64,000 nt of DNA from contig CP120457.1 in assembly GCA_034226945.1 (NCBI GenBank), forward strand, positions 992,001-1,056,000, written 5' to 3'. The translations under genes and the position numbers were made by a program. The stretch comes from Picochlorum sp. SENEW3 (taxonomy: Eukaryota). Positions 36,550 to 48,431 of this stretch are shown here, in pieces. Within the stretch, counting starts at the first letter, position 1, and the number at the start of each line of letters is the position of its first letter. A model generated the notes under the pieces. That model saw only the letters and a list, made by a program, of their open reading frames with translations, was not told the DNA's origin and searched no databases.

Positions 36550-39500
36550 ATGGCACTGTTTGTGCCATTCCGAGCTCTTGGTCTCGTGACCGAGGATGCT
36601 CCGTTTGTTACCCAGAGGAGAGGTAAAGAAACATTTATAACATTGAGTGTGGGTGACTCATGGCAGGTATGTTTTAATGGGGTGATTGTTCAGAAGACGA
36701 TCAAGAGTGGCATGCATGTGTGCCAGAGAGAAAACTGCTTCTCACGATTTCATTTCCATATATTCAGATTTACAATGCATCAAATCTGCGATTGCGGTTA
36801 ATCGGACCAAAATTGAAGGGAGATATCACGTCTCTGGGGTGCAAAGGCGATTTGACATTTGCTGCCGTCGGGGAACGAATCATTGAGACGCGAAGGGTTC
36901 ATATTCAGGGGGTCTATCGGTCTTCTGGAGGTACTGTTGAAGAGATCATGGTATTAGGAGATTATGTTATCGGTAGGACACGTGCAAGGCAGGTGTTGGT
37001 GTGGAGCATTGGAGACTATGGGGAGCCAGTGTCAGAGTTGGACCTTGGGGATGATTTTACCCCAACGTGCATGGCTCACCCCCAGACATATCTGAATAAG
37101 ATTGTGATCGGGTCGAGTGATGGACGTATGCAATTGTGGAATTTTGTGTCGGAGAAAAAGGTGTATGAGTTTGCATCGCTCAACTCTGGTGTGTGCTGCA
37201 TTGTTCCCTCTTCTGCACTGGATATTGTCGGTATTGGTCTGGGTGATGGCCGAGCTATTCTCAAGGACTTAAGGCAAGACAAAGTATTGCTTGAACTTAG
37301 GAATGCAGCTGGGTCTGGGACCAAGGCGGACAGATTTCTGTCAAAGTCTGCAGATGAGGTGTCACACAGATCTGCTCATAGTCCATGTACGTGCATTGCT
37401 TTCAGGACAGGGGAAGGCCTTCCGCTGATGGCAACCGGGGGTACAACTGGAGTAATCTCTGTGTGGAATTTAGAGTCTCAGAGTTTGCATGCCATCATGA
37501 GAGATGCTCATGATGGGCCCTTGACACGGTTGGAGTTTCTTGGAGGCCAGCCGGTGCTGGTTTCTACTGCACGGGATAATAGCGTGAAGGAATGGATATT
37601 CGATGGGACAGATGGACAGCCAAGACTTCTTAGATATAGAAGTGGCCATGCGTTGCCGCCTACAATCGTGAGGCATTATGCAGATAGCACACGGTTGCTC
37701 TCTGGTGGTCAAGACAGGGCATTTAGGTACTTTTCGGCTATTCAGGATGCACAAAGTAGAGAAATGAGCCAGGGTCACATCCAGCGTCGAGCGAAAAAGT
37801 TGAAAATTGCAGAACAAGAATTAAAGCTGCCCAGAATAATTAGCCTGGATGCATGCGATGTTCGAGAACGAGATTGGTCGAATGTGATTACGGCCCATGA
37901 AGATGATTGTGTGGCCTATGTGTGGAGGATACAAAAGTTTGCGCAAGGCGAATTTGCGTTACTTCCTCCAAATGTCGAGAAAGAATCCTTGACTCCAGCA
38001 TCATGCGTCTGTCTCAGTACATGCGGGAACTTTGGGTTTGTGGGTTCTTCCTCTGGAAGAATTGATAGATACAACATGCAATCAGGGCTTCATAGAGGGA
38101 CCTATCGCTGCCCTGGCGGATTCTCTGCTCACTCGGGAGCCGTTACAGGTCTTGCAGCTGATGGATGCAACCGTTACCTCGTTTCAGGAGCGCTCGATGG
38201 TCTATTGAAATGTTGGAATCTCAAAAACCTCACGCTTGAAGGCCAGGTCGATGTGGGGTCAAAAATCAGCAACATTGCCCTCCACCCAACCTCGTGTCTT
38301 GCCGCCGTTGCCTGCGATGACTTGAGCATTAAAATATGCGATGTGGAAGCTCGGACAATCGTGAGACGATATAGAGGTCATTCAGATAGGATCACAGATC
38401 TGCAGTTCAGCGAGGACTGCAGGTGGTTACTGACCTCCAGTATGGACAGCACGCTCCGCATATGGGATGTTCCAGGTACGTTTACGTCAACCCACTATCT
38501 ATAAACATGGCATAATACACACGTATCGGCAATGATGGTTTGTCTCGTTCGTCGTAATGCGATTCCTACCAAGATTCACAAGCTTGACGACAAGCATTAT
38601 ATCACCACCCATAAACTGAGCCTTTACTCTAACCCCATGAACTGTTGCAATGATGTTACACTTTTATTAATACACGTTAGACTACGGATTGGCTTTGCCA
38701 AAATGAGTTATAACTCTCTTTCTGAGCAACATGTTGTTTCCTGGTAGAATTCTGACCTTGATGTGGACGTGTATGAAAATGATGATGTATTTCATTGCAT
38801 GCAGGATCCACAATTTTACAAGTACTCAAGATGGACTCGCCAATCACATCACTTAGTTTATCACCTGCAATGGATATCCTTGTCACCACACACGTGGAGA
38901 AGAGGGGATTATACACATGGGCAAATGGACTCATCTTTGGTACAACAGACGCTATTGAGGCTTCTGATACACCGATTTCGATCAAGATTCCAGACATGTC
39001 TTCAGCAGATATTCAGCATGACAAAACATCACGTCGTGATTCCCAAAGGAGTACCATGTTGCAGCATTCGAGCATGCCACATCAGGAATCTACTCCAACA
39101 GCATCCGAGAATTCATCCGAGGAGATTCATCACCGTGTTGATCTCTCGGATGATGCATCGACAAGCTCAGACTCAGAAGTAGATGATGCAATGGAAAGCA
39201 ATGATACGGTGAGCATGAATGATCGAGATGCCCATGTCTTGACAGGAACTGCCCCAGTGGCACCTGACATGATCACTCTCTCAATGCTCCCAAGATCACA
39301 GTGGCTAAATCTGGTACATATTGACACAATAAAAACTAGAAATAAACCAATAGAGCCTCCAAAAAAGCCAGAAGCTGCTCCATTCTTCCTTCCAACCGTG
39401 GCCGGGGCCAATGCAGGAAGAGACCCAGTATTTGCTGTACCAGATCCTGACAGCCATGGTAGTGATGATGATGTCCGAATCGCCCAACGAGCCGCGGCTG

Positions 39501-39985
39501 CTTGGGGAGATGATGATGATACTATTATACAAGAGGAGGATCAGCAGCAAGACGACAGCAGGGTGAGGAAATCCAAGCCTGGAAAGAATGGGCACCTGCT
39601 CTCCTCTTTACTGGAGACATACACACAGCACAAAACATGGAAACCTTTGCTAGAGCATCTCACATCCCTGTCTCCATCTCAGCTCGACGTTCAATTGAGA
39701 AGTTTGGATTTATCAGACCAGGGCGAGGACCATGAAACAGACATGCTTAATTTCCTATCCTTTCTCTCTGACGCAATTGCCTCAGACACCCACTTTGAGT
39801 TCCTCCAAGCCCTTCTTAGAGCATTTATTCTCATCCACGGAGAATCAATTGCCCAGTACCCAAGGATACAAGAGCGAGCTCAGTTTGTTGAGGAACAAAC
39901 ACACAAAGCTTGGACCAGACTCGAACAGGCACTCCAGCATACCCTCTGCATGATTGGCATCTTGGGAAGCATGCAGCAGACATAA
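36550..39985 (+). CDS. WDR36: U3 snoRNP-associated WD40 protein UTP21/WDR36; introns 36667-36767 and 38476-38804
   Basis: Motifs LFVPFRALG, HPQTYLNKIVIG, PRLLRYRSGH and REMSQG; Utp21 C-domain LSMLPRSQWLNLVHIDTIKTRNKPIEPPKKPEAAPFFLPT. Confidence 0.95.
38528..38622 (+). ncRNA. Intronic box C/D snoRNA (two 18S rRNA guides)
   Basis: GGC/GCC terminal stem, C box ATGATG (38532), C'-like TGACGA and D box CTGA (38616). Guides GTCTCGTTCGT and CACCACCCATA are antisense to conserved 18S ACGAACGAGAC and UAUGGGUGGUG. Confidence 0.85.
38644..38730 (+). ncRNA. Intronic box C/D snoRNA (LSU rRNA guides; snR58-like D' guide)
   Basis: GTTGC/GCAAC terminal stem, C box ATGATG (38650) and D box CTGA (38722). Guides ATACACGTTAGACT (vs LSU AGUCUAAC) and TAACTCTCTTT (vs LSU AAAGAGAGUUA). 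Confidence 0.87.
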
Positions 39986-40035
39986 TGATGTATATTTATT
40001 GATGATCCAATAGGATTCATTGTAACACAACATTT

Positions 40036-40314
40036 TTATTTACCCCACAGGGATTTTCCAGACATTTTTTTTGTCTTCTTTGAACTCAATTTGGCCACTT
40101 TAGTCTCCATACGATCAGCGATCGACAACGCCTTCTCCATCATCTTCTTCTTCTTTTTCTTCTGAGCCTTTGTCCGCTGACCCCTCGTCCCAGCCCCCTT
40201 CTTCTTCTTTTCCTTGGTTCCATTGTCAACATCCATGTCGACACCACCACCACCACCACTCTGGTGGTTCATCTCATCCTCCATTATTGGAGTAGTAGTA
40301 GAAACACTCTCCAT
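40036..40314 (-). CDS. Small basic Lys-rich protein, Alb1-like ribosome biogenesis factor candidate
   Basis: The C-terminus TKAQKKKK..EKALSIADRMETKVAK..KSLW resembles the Alb1-type pattern; similarity recalled, not searched. Confidence 0.6.
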   Translation of the reverse strand: MESVSTTTPIMEDEMNHQSGGGGGVDMDVDNGTKEKKKKGAGTRGQRTKAQKKKKKKMMEKALSIADRMETKVAKLSSKKTKKMSGKSLWGK

Positions 40315-40943
40315 TATATATGCAATCCAATCTATATCGCCCTCGATCGGTGATGAACCGAATCCAAGAGATTCAGAATTCTTGTGTGCATGCAATATTG
40401 CCTGTTTTGCAATTATCGATGTGCAGAAATACCATACTACTACATACCACGCATGTACTACTTTTGATACAAGGATGGTACAGCACACTCGGTCATGACA
40501 AACTGTAACGAAGCGACTGGAATTTCTTTGTACAGCACAAAGTCCGTATTTAAAACATTGAGAAGGCGCCACCAACGAATATTGAGTTCAATGAACTCAA
40601 CTCGGTGAGTCCAGAGACTCGAATACTCTTGTTTTTTGACAAGTAACTCACCTCTCGTCATCCTCTTGACATCCTCATCTGCACGTCGTCTTTTTCTACG
40701 CGGTACTTTATATTCACATGCATACGCATATACTGTCGTACATTATAATTTCATGGACCTGAGTCTGATATCCGATTGGATAACTACAGTACAGGTGCTT
40801 GTGTGTCGTGCCAGTCAAAAGGCACGTTCATGACAAGACTCCGGTGTTTTATCTGTTCTATTCATGTCCAGAGCATGATTGATTCATGCATTTAGAGAAG
40901 CCAGATATATAATTCTACTGTTTCTGTTTATTATACAACGTGT

Positions 40944-41555
40944 ATGGTTCCAGCATTGACCATGGGTGGGAGCAGCTACGTTCAACCAGAACACGACGAC
41001 TCGTATGGCCATCCATCGTCACCACCAAACACATCATCAGGATATGGAAGCTATTCTGGGACAAGTCCAGTGCCGGTCATGTATGGGGCCTCCATGATGC
41101 CCATGTACATGCCACCAGCAATGATTGCCCCCAGAGAGCTTCCACCCTATGTGTCGAAGAAAAAGCCCATCCAGGATGAGGCTGATGATGATGATGATAT
41201 GAATGATGATACGAATGATGATATGATATCAAATAAAGATGATGCAAATGATAGCAGTATGCAAAAGGAAAAGCCTCCCCAACCTTCATCAGATCCAAGA
41301 GTGTGCCAGTTTTTTGTCAAGAATGGTTCCTGTGCCTATGGAAGTTCGTGCAAATTCCAGCATCCGTTGGAGCTTGCACCGCCAGTGTTCTACAATAGCT
41401 TTGGGTTGCCTCGTCGGAGTGGAGAGCCTCCGTGTAAATTCTTCCTAAAATACAGACGATGTGCGTATGGTCACACCTGTCGATATGACCATCCAGAGAT
41501 CCGTGGCCTTTTGCCTCATCAGCAGTTTGATCATCAGAATGCGCTATGGTATTAA
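40944..41555 (+). CDS. Tandem CCCH zinc-finger protein (5' end uncertain)
   Basis: Two C-x8-C-x5-C-x3-H fingers (CQFFVKNGSCAYGSSCKFQHP and CKFFLKYRRCAYGHTCRYDHP) linked by YNSFGLPRRSGEPP. Confidence 0.85.
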   Translation: MVPALTMGGSSYVQPEHDDSYGHPSSPPNTSSGYGSYSGTSPVPVMYGASMMPMYMPPAMIAPRELPPYVSKKKPIQDEADDDDDMNDDTNDDMISNKDDANDSSMQKEKPPQPSSDPRVCQFFVKNGSCAYGSSCKFQHPLELAPPVFYNSFGLPRRSGEPPCKFFLKYRRCAYGHTCRYDHPEIRGLLPHQQFDHQNALWY

Positions 41556-41598
41556 ATTGCATGTAATAATATAGAAAAATTTTATCCAGTAAAAGGCA

Positions 41599-42723
41599 AT
41601 GAAGAGGAACGACGACGATGAACTGGACAAACTGCCAGTGTTTGATCTGGCACCGTTCCTCTCTGACTCGGGTAGGAATGAGGCAGAGATTCTGCCCTTA
41701 TGCAAGTCTATTGCTACGACATTGAAAGAGACGGGGGTATTGGTGGTGCGGGATCCGAGGGTGGATGCGACGAAGAATGACGAATTTTTAAATGTCATGG
41801 AGACGTATTTTGCTCGAGCGGATACGGTGCGGGATGCTCGGCCTGAGCTCGCGTATCAGGTGGGGTTAACTCCTGAAGGGATTGAGAAGCCGAGGTGTTT
41901 GAATGATGAGTCTATGCGAGAGGTGATTGAGAGGTATGAGCCAACGCCTGTAAGGCAGGCTGATCCAAAGTGTCGATATTTCTGGCGTTTGGGGGAGCGA
42001 CCTACGGCCACGAGATTTCAAGAGTTGAATGCTGATCCAGTGGTGCCTGATGGGTTTGAGAATTGGGAGCAGGTGATGGATGGATGGGGATATCTCATGT
42101 TGGAGACGGTCGAAACAGTAGCAGAGATGGTTGCCTTGGGCTTTGGGTTGGAGAGGGATACGTTTACGCAACGGATGCATCTTGGACCGCACTTATTAGC
42201 GCCTACAGGAACAGATTTAGAAAAGTATGGCAAGGTTGGGACGGTGTTTGCTGGGTTTCATAATGATTTGAATTTTTTGACTATACATGGGAAATCCAAG
42301 CATGCCGGGTTGTTCATATGGCTGCGTGATGGGAAAAAGAAGATTCCCGTGAAGATTCCCGACGGTTGTCTGCTTCTTCAAGCTGGAAAGCAGCTTGAAT
42401 GGTTGACGGGTGGCGTTGTGCAGGCGGGGTACCATGAAGTGGTATGCACAGAGGACACTCTGGCAGCCATGGCCAGGTGTGGTTCCACGTGGAGAGTGTC
42501 TTCCACTGTGTTTAGCCAATTAGCGAGCGATGAAGTCCTGCGCCCATTACCGTGTTTCGAGACTGAAGAGTCGATAGAAAAGTATCCTCCTATGGCGGTG
42601 GGAGAGTTTGTGGAATCTGAATTAAAATATATCAATCTGATGCACGGGGAGGGGAATGTCCCATCGGCAGGGGTTGATCATCCGGTGCGGATCTCTTCTT
42701 CCCCCTTGCACGGGATGCCGTGA
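41599..42723 (+). CDS. 2-oxoglutarate/Fe(II) dioxygenase, isopenicillin N synthase-like
   Basis: LPVFDL, HxD in FHNDLNFLTIH, distal His in AGYHEV, and RxS in WRVSST. Confidence 0.88.
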   Translation: MKRNDDDELDKLPVFDLAPFLSDSGRNEAEILPLCKSIATTLKETGVLVVRDPRVDATKNDEFLNVMETYFARADTVRDARPELAYQVGLTPEGIEKPRCLNDESMREVIERYEPTPVRQADPKCRYFWRLGERPTATRFQELNADPVVPDGFENWEQVMDGWGYLMLETVETVAEMVALGFGLERDTFTQRMHLGPHLLAPTGTDLEKYGKVGTVFAGFHNDLNFLTIHGKSKHAGLFIWLRDGKKKIPVKIPDGCLLLQAGKQLEWLTGGVVQAGYHEVVCTEDTLAAMARCGSTWRVSSTVFSQLASDEVLRPLPCFETEESIEKYPPMAVGEFVESELKYINLMHGEGNVPSAGVDHPVRISSSPLHGMP

Positions 42724-43244
42724 TGGTCAACTCCTGTGGCATCTCATGATTCAGCAATGTCAATCACAGTGAAGGGTACTTTAAATTATTATATTCTCAT
42801 ACTAGTAGTAGGAGTATTTGTATCTGTGGCCAGTGTTGTGGAGACATCGATCGCCACACAGTACAAACTTGTTTGTTTGTACCTGGCAGCACAGCAAGCC
42901 TCTTTTCTATTCTGCGAGTCAATTGTCGGAGTTGGGGGCGTATTGTATCTTCATTATAGTTATTTATATCTTCAAAATATACCATGCTTGGATTTCGCGA
43001 GGAGGTACGTCTCTGGTGTCTGCCTAGATGGATTCCTGCTTCCTGCATTTGTGTGGCTTCTCGAGTCGGTATGCCATGATGGAGTATACAGGCTATGCGA
43101 GGTTTCATGATGCATATCTATCATGGATTTGAGTTTATAGGAGGTCGATCTGCTGTTTTAGGCATGTTCCCCTCGTCCTGCACATTCGAACCCCTCAATG
43201 AGATCTCTTCTTCTGACATGGCTTGATGTGACTTTTTTCTGCAG

Positions 43245-45398
43245 GTTTTGAGGTATGGGGATACGGATGTGGTTAGAAATCTTCTAAAAATTATAACTGG
43301 AAAGTATGAGAGGGATGGTCGCTGTGAGGAGGAGGCGACTCGATTCTTGGGGGATCTCTTGGTGACCACTGCTCAAAGTGAGGGAAGCGACGTTGTGCCG
43401 TGTCTCACGCTGCAGGCTATTCTTGCATGGATTCAGACTATTCCGCAGTCTAAAGGTCTTTTTATTCGGCTTGGAGTCATTCCTGCTGTTTGTACAGCCT
43501 TACAGGTATCACTTCCCAGAGCATGCTGTGATGAGGTTGCCATGCACACTGTTTCTGCTGCAGCCAAGGTGATACTCTTCTATTTGCGGGACAGCGATGT
43601 CGATGTGATTGTGGAGGATATAGAGAAGTGTGACGGAGTTGGGATTTTGTTGGAGGCATGTCGAGCGCAAGGGAGCTGTCCCAGGTCTATTTGCATAGGA
43701 CTTCATGTGCTCAAACACATGACAAAGCGTTCACCTCGCCTTTTGCACCGTGCTATGGAGGCACATGGTCCAGAGATTATATGCAATGTATTAAGAGAGA
43801 ATAAAGATGCAGATATGATCAAGTTTGGAGCCCTCACGCTGAGTAGGTGGGCTGCATCCCCAGGCACACAAGACCAGCTGTTTGCCTCTGGTGCATATGA
43901 GCAGTTATGGGAGATCCTGAGAACAAAGGAAAAATACGAATCATCCGTGTATGCATACGTCATGTTGGCGATTTGTCTGTTGATGGGGAGTCGAATTGAA
44001 GAGGCTAGTGATTCATTTTTGGAGAGGCCTCAGGACTTTGTGAGATTCTGCAGAGCTGTTGATCACTATGATGCCAGTTTCCAGGAACAGGGGGTTGTGC
44101 ACCATACCCTGGGACTCCTTGTCTGTTCATCAAAGTCATTTGATCTGATAACGGAGGCAACCAAGAATGATGTGATCAGTGTTCTTGCAAAGTCAAACGT
44201 GCGGTGTGGGTATATTCTTGATATCCTGTATCAGAATAGGGACAGAATTCGTGACATTCATGACATACAAGTTCGCCTGAAATTGGCTGTGTTTTTGGTG
44301 GAGAAGATGGCACTGTATCCAGATGCATCTCTTGGTGTATTATTTTACGGAAATGATGATGCTTTGATTGAGACATTGGTGGCACATTCATTTGAACACC
44401 TCATGGTGGCCAACATGCATGTGACTGATGATGAGAGCTCTCAATCTGACTCTGACGATGAGAAGATGCATCTTACAAAGTTTAGTTGGGAGAGTCAATC
44501 AATTGTATTCGACAGTCCAGGAGGATTTCATATGGATGGAGTATCTGCGAAGGATGGGCATGACTGCTCCTCCCATCCGCAGGAGTCGGAACACCACACA
44601 GAGGAAGAGGAACAGCAGTTGGGACATGCATGCTTTAAAGCTTTTGCTTCGGAAAACAGTGTCTTAGGGTCACTGATACTGTTATGCAAAATTTCATCAA
44701 AGATGAGGCAAAGGAATGCATCGAATGAGAATCTCGTATCAGTCAAAAAGAGAAAGTGTTTTGGCACGAGGTACGAGACGCCTCAGCAGCAGAAGAAAGC
44801 AAAAGCGTCACATCCCACAGCCCAGTCACCCACAGGGCGTATGCGCCGTTTCATCGTTGGAGGAAAGCAGTTTGAGATTGAAGAGGCCTCTATCTGTGCA
44901 ACGTCACACGTGGTAGCGTCCATGTGTGAAGATGCAGACAGCAATGAAGATATCCATCTACCTTGTTTGCATCATCTCTCTACCTCAGATATGGTCCTTT
45001 CCTTCACACGGATTCTAGAATGGTACCATACCGGTGATCTATCAAACCTGAGCACGATGGAAGAGATACAGGCATGCTGGATTGTCGCAGATTATCTGGG
45101 GATGCCCTCTCTAGAAAGGCACATTGGTCAGCAAATTAACAACCTCGTGCAATCTCCAACCTGTGACCGTACACATGTTTTTGCAAAGCTTCACGAGCTG
45201 CATGATGCGTTTTACGGCTCGTATACTCTTGAATCAATCATTGCTGAATGCATCGTGACTGAACTCAGCACGTGTGGGCCAGGAGATGACACCATTTCAA
45301 ATGGTGTTGAGTTCCTGAAAGACTTTGTCCTCCACCCAACGATTGCAGACAGAGTCGCCGAGGTGTTGCAAAAGACATTAGTAGCGAGCGATATTTGA
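43245..45398 (+). CDS. ARM-repeat protein with a C-terminal BTB/POZ-like domain; upstream exon unresolved
   Basis: Helical ARM-like repeats (GVIPAVCTAL, GVGILLEAC, GAYEQLWEIL). BTB-like FIVGGKQF..FTRILEWYHTG..WIVADYLGMPSL. Acceptor CTGCAG at 43244. Confidence 0.65.
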   Translation, partial: VLRYGDTDVVRNLLKIITGKYERDGRCEEEATRFLGDLLVTTAQSEGSDVVPCLTLQAILAWIQTIPQSKGLFIRLGVIPAVCTALQVSLPRACCDEVAMHTVSAAAKVILFYLRDSDVDVIVEDIEKCDGVGILLEACRAQGSCPRSICIGLHVLKHMTKRSPRLLHRAMEAHGPEIICNVLRENKDADMIKFGALTLSRWAASPGTQDQLFASGAYEQLWEILRTKEKYESSVYAYVMLAICLLMGSRIEEASDSFLERPQDFVRFCRAVDHYDASFQEQGVVHHTLGLLVCSSKSFDLITEATKNDVISVLAKSNVRCGYILDILYQNRDRIRDIHDIQVRLKLAVFLVEKMALYPDASLGVLFYGNDDALIETLVAHSFEHLMVANMHVTDDESSQSDSDDEKMHLTKFSWESQSIVFDSPGGFHMDGVSAKDGHDCSSHPQESEHHTEEEEQQLGHACFKAFASENSVLGSLILLCKISSKMRQRNASNENLVSVKKRKCFGTRYETPQQQKKAKASHPTAQSPTGRMRRFIVGGKQFEIEEASICATSHVVASMCEDADSNEDIHLPCLHHLSTSDMVLSFTRILEWYHTGDLSNLSTMEEIQACWIVADYLGMPSLERHIGQQINNLVQSPTCDRTHVFAKLHELHDAFYGSYTLESIIAECIVTELSTCGPGDDTISNGVEFLKDFVLHPTIADRVAEVLQKTLVASDI

Positions 45399-45524
45399 CC
45401 AAAACAATTTATTTATTTATTCAACGACAAAAACTACAGAATTGTAAGCGCTGTGACTGTGTACTCTGCATATTTGCTCGAAGTTCAGTATCTTGAAGCC
45501 AACGGCGCTGTTCAACTCGGTGGA

Positions 45525-46967
45525 ATGAACGTTTATCCTCTCAATAATAAGCCTCTATCACGAGGTATAGCATCGGAACGACTGTGTACACGGGGAGGTG
45601 CGTGAATCCTAAACTGCTCGGAACAGTTCGGAGAATGTGCCTGCGATTGTAGCCTGATGCTTGCGTATGCAGTGTACCTGAGCCTTGAAAGATCATTAAA
45701 AATCACTGCGATGAGTAGCAGAACTGAAGATGGGCTTGCTGTTGATACCACGCTGAATCCAAGGGTGGCAGCTGTGAAGCCTTCCAAGACAATGGCATTG
45801 ACTGATTTGGCATCTTCACTGCGAGAGCAAGGGGTCGATATTATCGGGCTTGCTGCGGGGGAGCCAGATTTCGATACACCAGAGCCCATTATTGAGGCAG
45901 GAATCGAAGCTTTGAAAACTGGGGTGACGCGGTATACCCCAAATGCAGGTACTGCCCAATTACGAAGAATGATTTGCGACAAGCTGCTCGAAGAGAATGG
46001 ATTGCAGTATAGTCCAGATGAAATAGTTTTAAGCAATGGTGCCAAGCAATCTGTGTGGCAAGGGCTTTTAGCCGTGTGCTCTCCTGGGGACGAAGTTATT
46101 ATTCCTGCACCGTTTTGGGTCAGTTACCCAGAGATGGCAAGAATGGCAGGGGCAGAGCCCGTTATCGTTTCGACAGACGCTGAGCAGGGATTTTTAATGA
46201 CACCAGATCAGTTAAAAGCATGTTTGACACCCAAATCTAGACTATTGATCCTGTGCTCCCCGTCAAATCCATCTGGGGCAGTGTACTCTGAAAGTCAGTT
46301 GAAGGCTATCGCTGAGATTGTGCGGGAGCATCCCAGGCTCATGGTGCTCTCCGATGAAATATATGAGTATATTATATATAATCCAGCTCGTCATGTGAGT
46401 TTTGCGGGGATCCCAGGCATGCTTGAAAGAACTCTGACAGTCAATGGGTTTAGCAAGGCATATGCAATGACGGGATGGCGCCTGGGATACCTTGCGGCCC
46501 CACAGCATTTCGCAAAAGCATGTGCCATCATTCAAAGTCAAAGTACATCTGGAGCAAGCAGTATAGCGCAGCATGCGGCTATGGCAGCTCTCCGGATGGG
46601 CAAGCATGGCGGCCCCATTGTGGAGGATATGGTGGCAGCCTTCCAGATGAGGAGGGACTATGTTGTCGACCGCCTCAAGGGAATGAAGTATATCAAGATC
46701 GTTGAGCCACAAGGAGCATTCTATGTTCTTCCTGATATCAGTGCCATGTTTGCGAAGGGGTGTTATACGGATGATTTTGGACCCATAGCTGACTCTGATA
46801 CATTTGTCAAGTACTTGATTGAAAAGGCAAATGTGGCCACGGTGCCTGGCCAGGCTTTTGGAGCCCCGTCTTGTATTCGCATCTCATACGCAGCGTCCAT
46901 GGAAACATTAGAAAAAGCCCTTGATAGAATTGAACATGCTATAGATTTGCTTAAAGAAATGAAGTAA
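45525..46967 (+). CDS. Bifunctional aspartate/prephenate aminotransferase (class Ib, PAT-like), plastid; intron 45598-45672
   Basis: Motifs VKPSKTM, LAAGEPDFDTP, SNGAKQ, CSPSNPSG, SDEIY and the PLP lysine in NGFSKAYAMTGWRLGY. Confidence 0.93.
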
Positions 46968-46983
46968 CGTTATTACATGTGTA

Positions 46984-48201
46984 TTATTCACTGTCACTTT
47001 CCATGACAACAGCTCGCCTTTTCTTTGGCTGCACATTCATCTCTTCGTCACTTTCCTCTACAGGCTCTGCAGATTCTTTGTCCTCTATCTTTGGCATATC
47101 GTCTCCTTTCTTAATCTCTTCTAATCGTGCTGCACCCTGTTCCTCCTGATCTTCATCAAACACATCTTGCACATCCTCAATGTCCTCCTCATCTACATCC
47201 TCATCTACATCCTCATCGTCAGGAACAATGAAACCATCGTCTTCTTCACCTTCATCTAGTACATGGCCCTCGTGTGGCATATCGTCATCCTCTTCCAAAA
47301 ACGCAGCACTAAGGTAACTTTGTCGCCGCGGTGGAACTTTTGCCTGCATAATCGAGCGCCTCATATGCTGCTTCTGTTTCTCCTGCAATTTCTCCTTATC
47401 CTTGATTCGAGCTTCTTCCATCTTCTCTTTCATCTCTCTCTCTTTCACTGGATCCACTAAAGTTGCCGTCTGCTTCACTTTCACCTTGGGCCCACCGCTA
47501 TCTCTTGGCCGAACCTTTGGCCTATCCGCTCTACTAATACCAATAGGGTTGAACAAAAACTTTTCCTTGAACTTTCCTTCACACTGTACCAGATTACCAT
47601 GCCGAACATACAAGAACGTATGGTCCCCTTCCACATCAACGCCCCTCACTTGAAACACATCCTTTCCCACAGAGAGTGTCTTGCTCCCGTCCGACCAAGT
47701 CACAACGCGAGCATTACTCTCCTTGAACAACTTTCCATCTGCATTCAATTCATACCGCCACCGAATCACCGGACCATTGAAGTCATCTCCCTTGAAATCC
47801 TCCCGTTCAAATGCATCAGGTTCAATACGAAGTGAGTTGGGAAGCTTTGCAACGCGCAGCTGCGACAATGGCAACGCATCCCGCAACTCCACCTCAATAT
47901 GCATGGGCCCAACCTCATCCCGTGTACCTCCCTCCTCTTCCTCCTCTTCCTTGTCTGCCGCTACTGCTGCAACACCACCACCTTGCTCTCCCTCCTGCTG
48001 CTTGGGTGGTCCCTCCCCCACGATATCCTCATCATCGCTACCAAACAATTCCTTCATATCAACATCTGATGTCTGTTTATTCAATTCTCCATTCTGATCA
48101 TCGCCTTCGCTATCGCTCCCAAATAATTCTTGGAGCATTCCTGAGGTATCATCAGCAGGAGCCTGTGCCTCCCCCGAGGTGGCCTTCTCCTCTTCCATCA
48201 T
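46984..48201 (-). CDS. LEO1: PAF1 complex subunit LEO1
   Basis: Acidic ELFGSD repeats and the Leo1 motif IRWRY..ESNARVVTWSDGSKTLSVG. Confidence 0.92.
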   Translation of the reverse strand: MMEEEKATSGEAQAPADDTSGMLQELFGSDSEGDDQNGELNKQTSDVDMKELFGSDDEDIVGEGPPKQQEGEQGGGVAAVAADKEEEEEEGGTRDEVGPMHIEVELRDALPLSQLRVAKLPNSLRIEPDAFEREDFKGDDFNGPVIRWRYELNADGKLFKESNARVVTWSDGSKTLSVGKDVFQVRGVDVEGDHTFLYVRHGNLVQCEGKFKEKFLFNPIGISRADRPKVRPRDSGGPKVKVKQTATLVDPVKEREMKEKMEEARIKDKEKLQEKQKQHMRRSIMQAKVPPRRQSYLSAAFLEEDDDMPHEGHVLDEGEEDDGFIVPDDEDVDEDVDEEDIEDVQDVFDEDQEEQGAARLEEIKKGDDMPKIEDKESAEPVEESDEEMNVQPKKRRAVVMESDSE

Positions 48202-48431
48202 AATAAATATACTCTTTTTTTCCTTTTATGTATGACCATGTACAGGACAAGCGTGTCTTTTGCCTGGAGACATGGGCTCTCTACATCAAGGATATAGATG
48301 TACCGGTCAAAGAAATACTTCGACCGTGCCCCCTGTAAAAATCCATCTCTCAATCTTCTTGGAGATCCGTTATACCCTGCATCCGGTCTCTGACCTTGTC
48401 CAACGTATTCAAAAATAATACTGGTGAAAAT

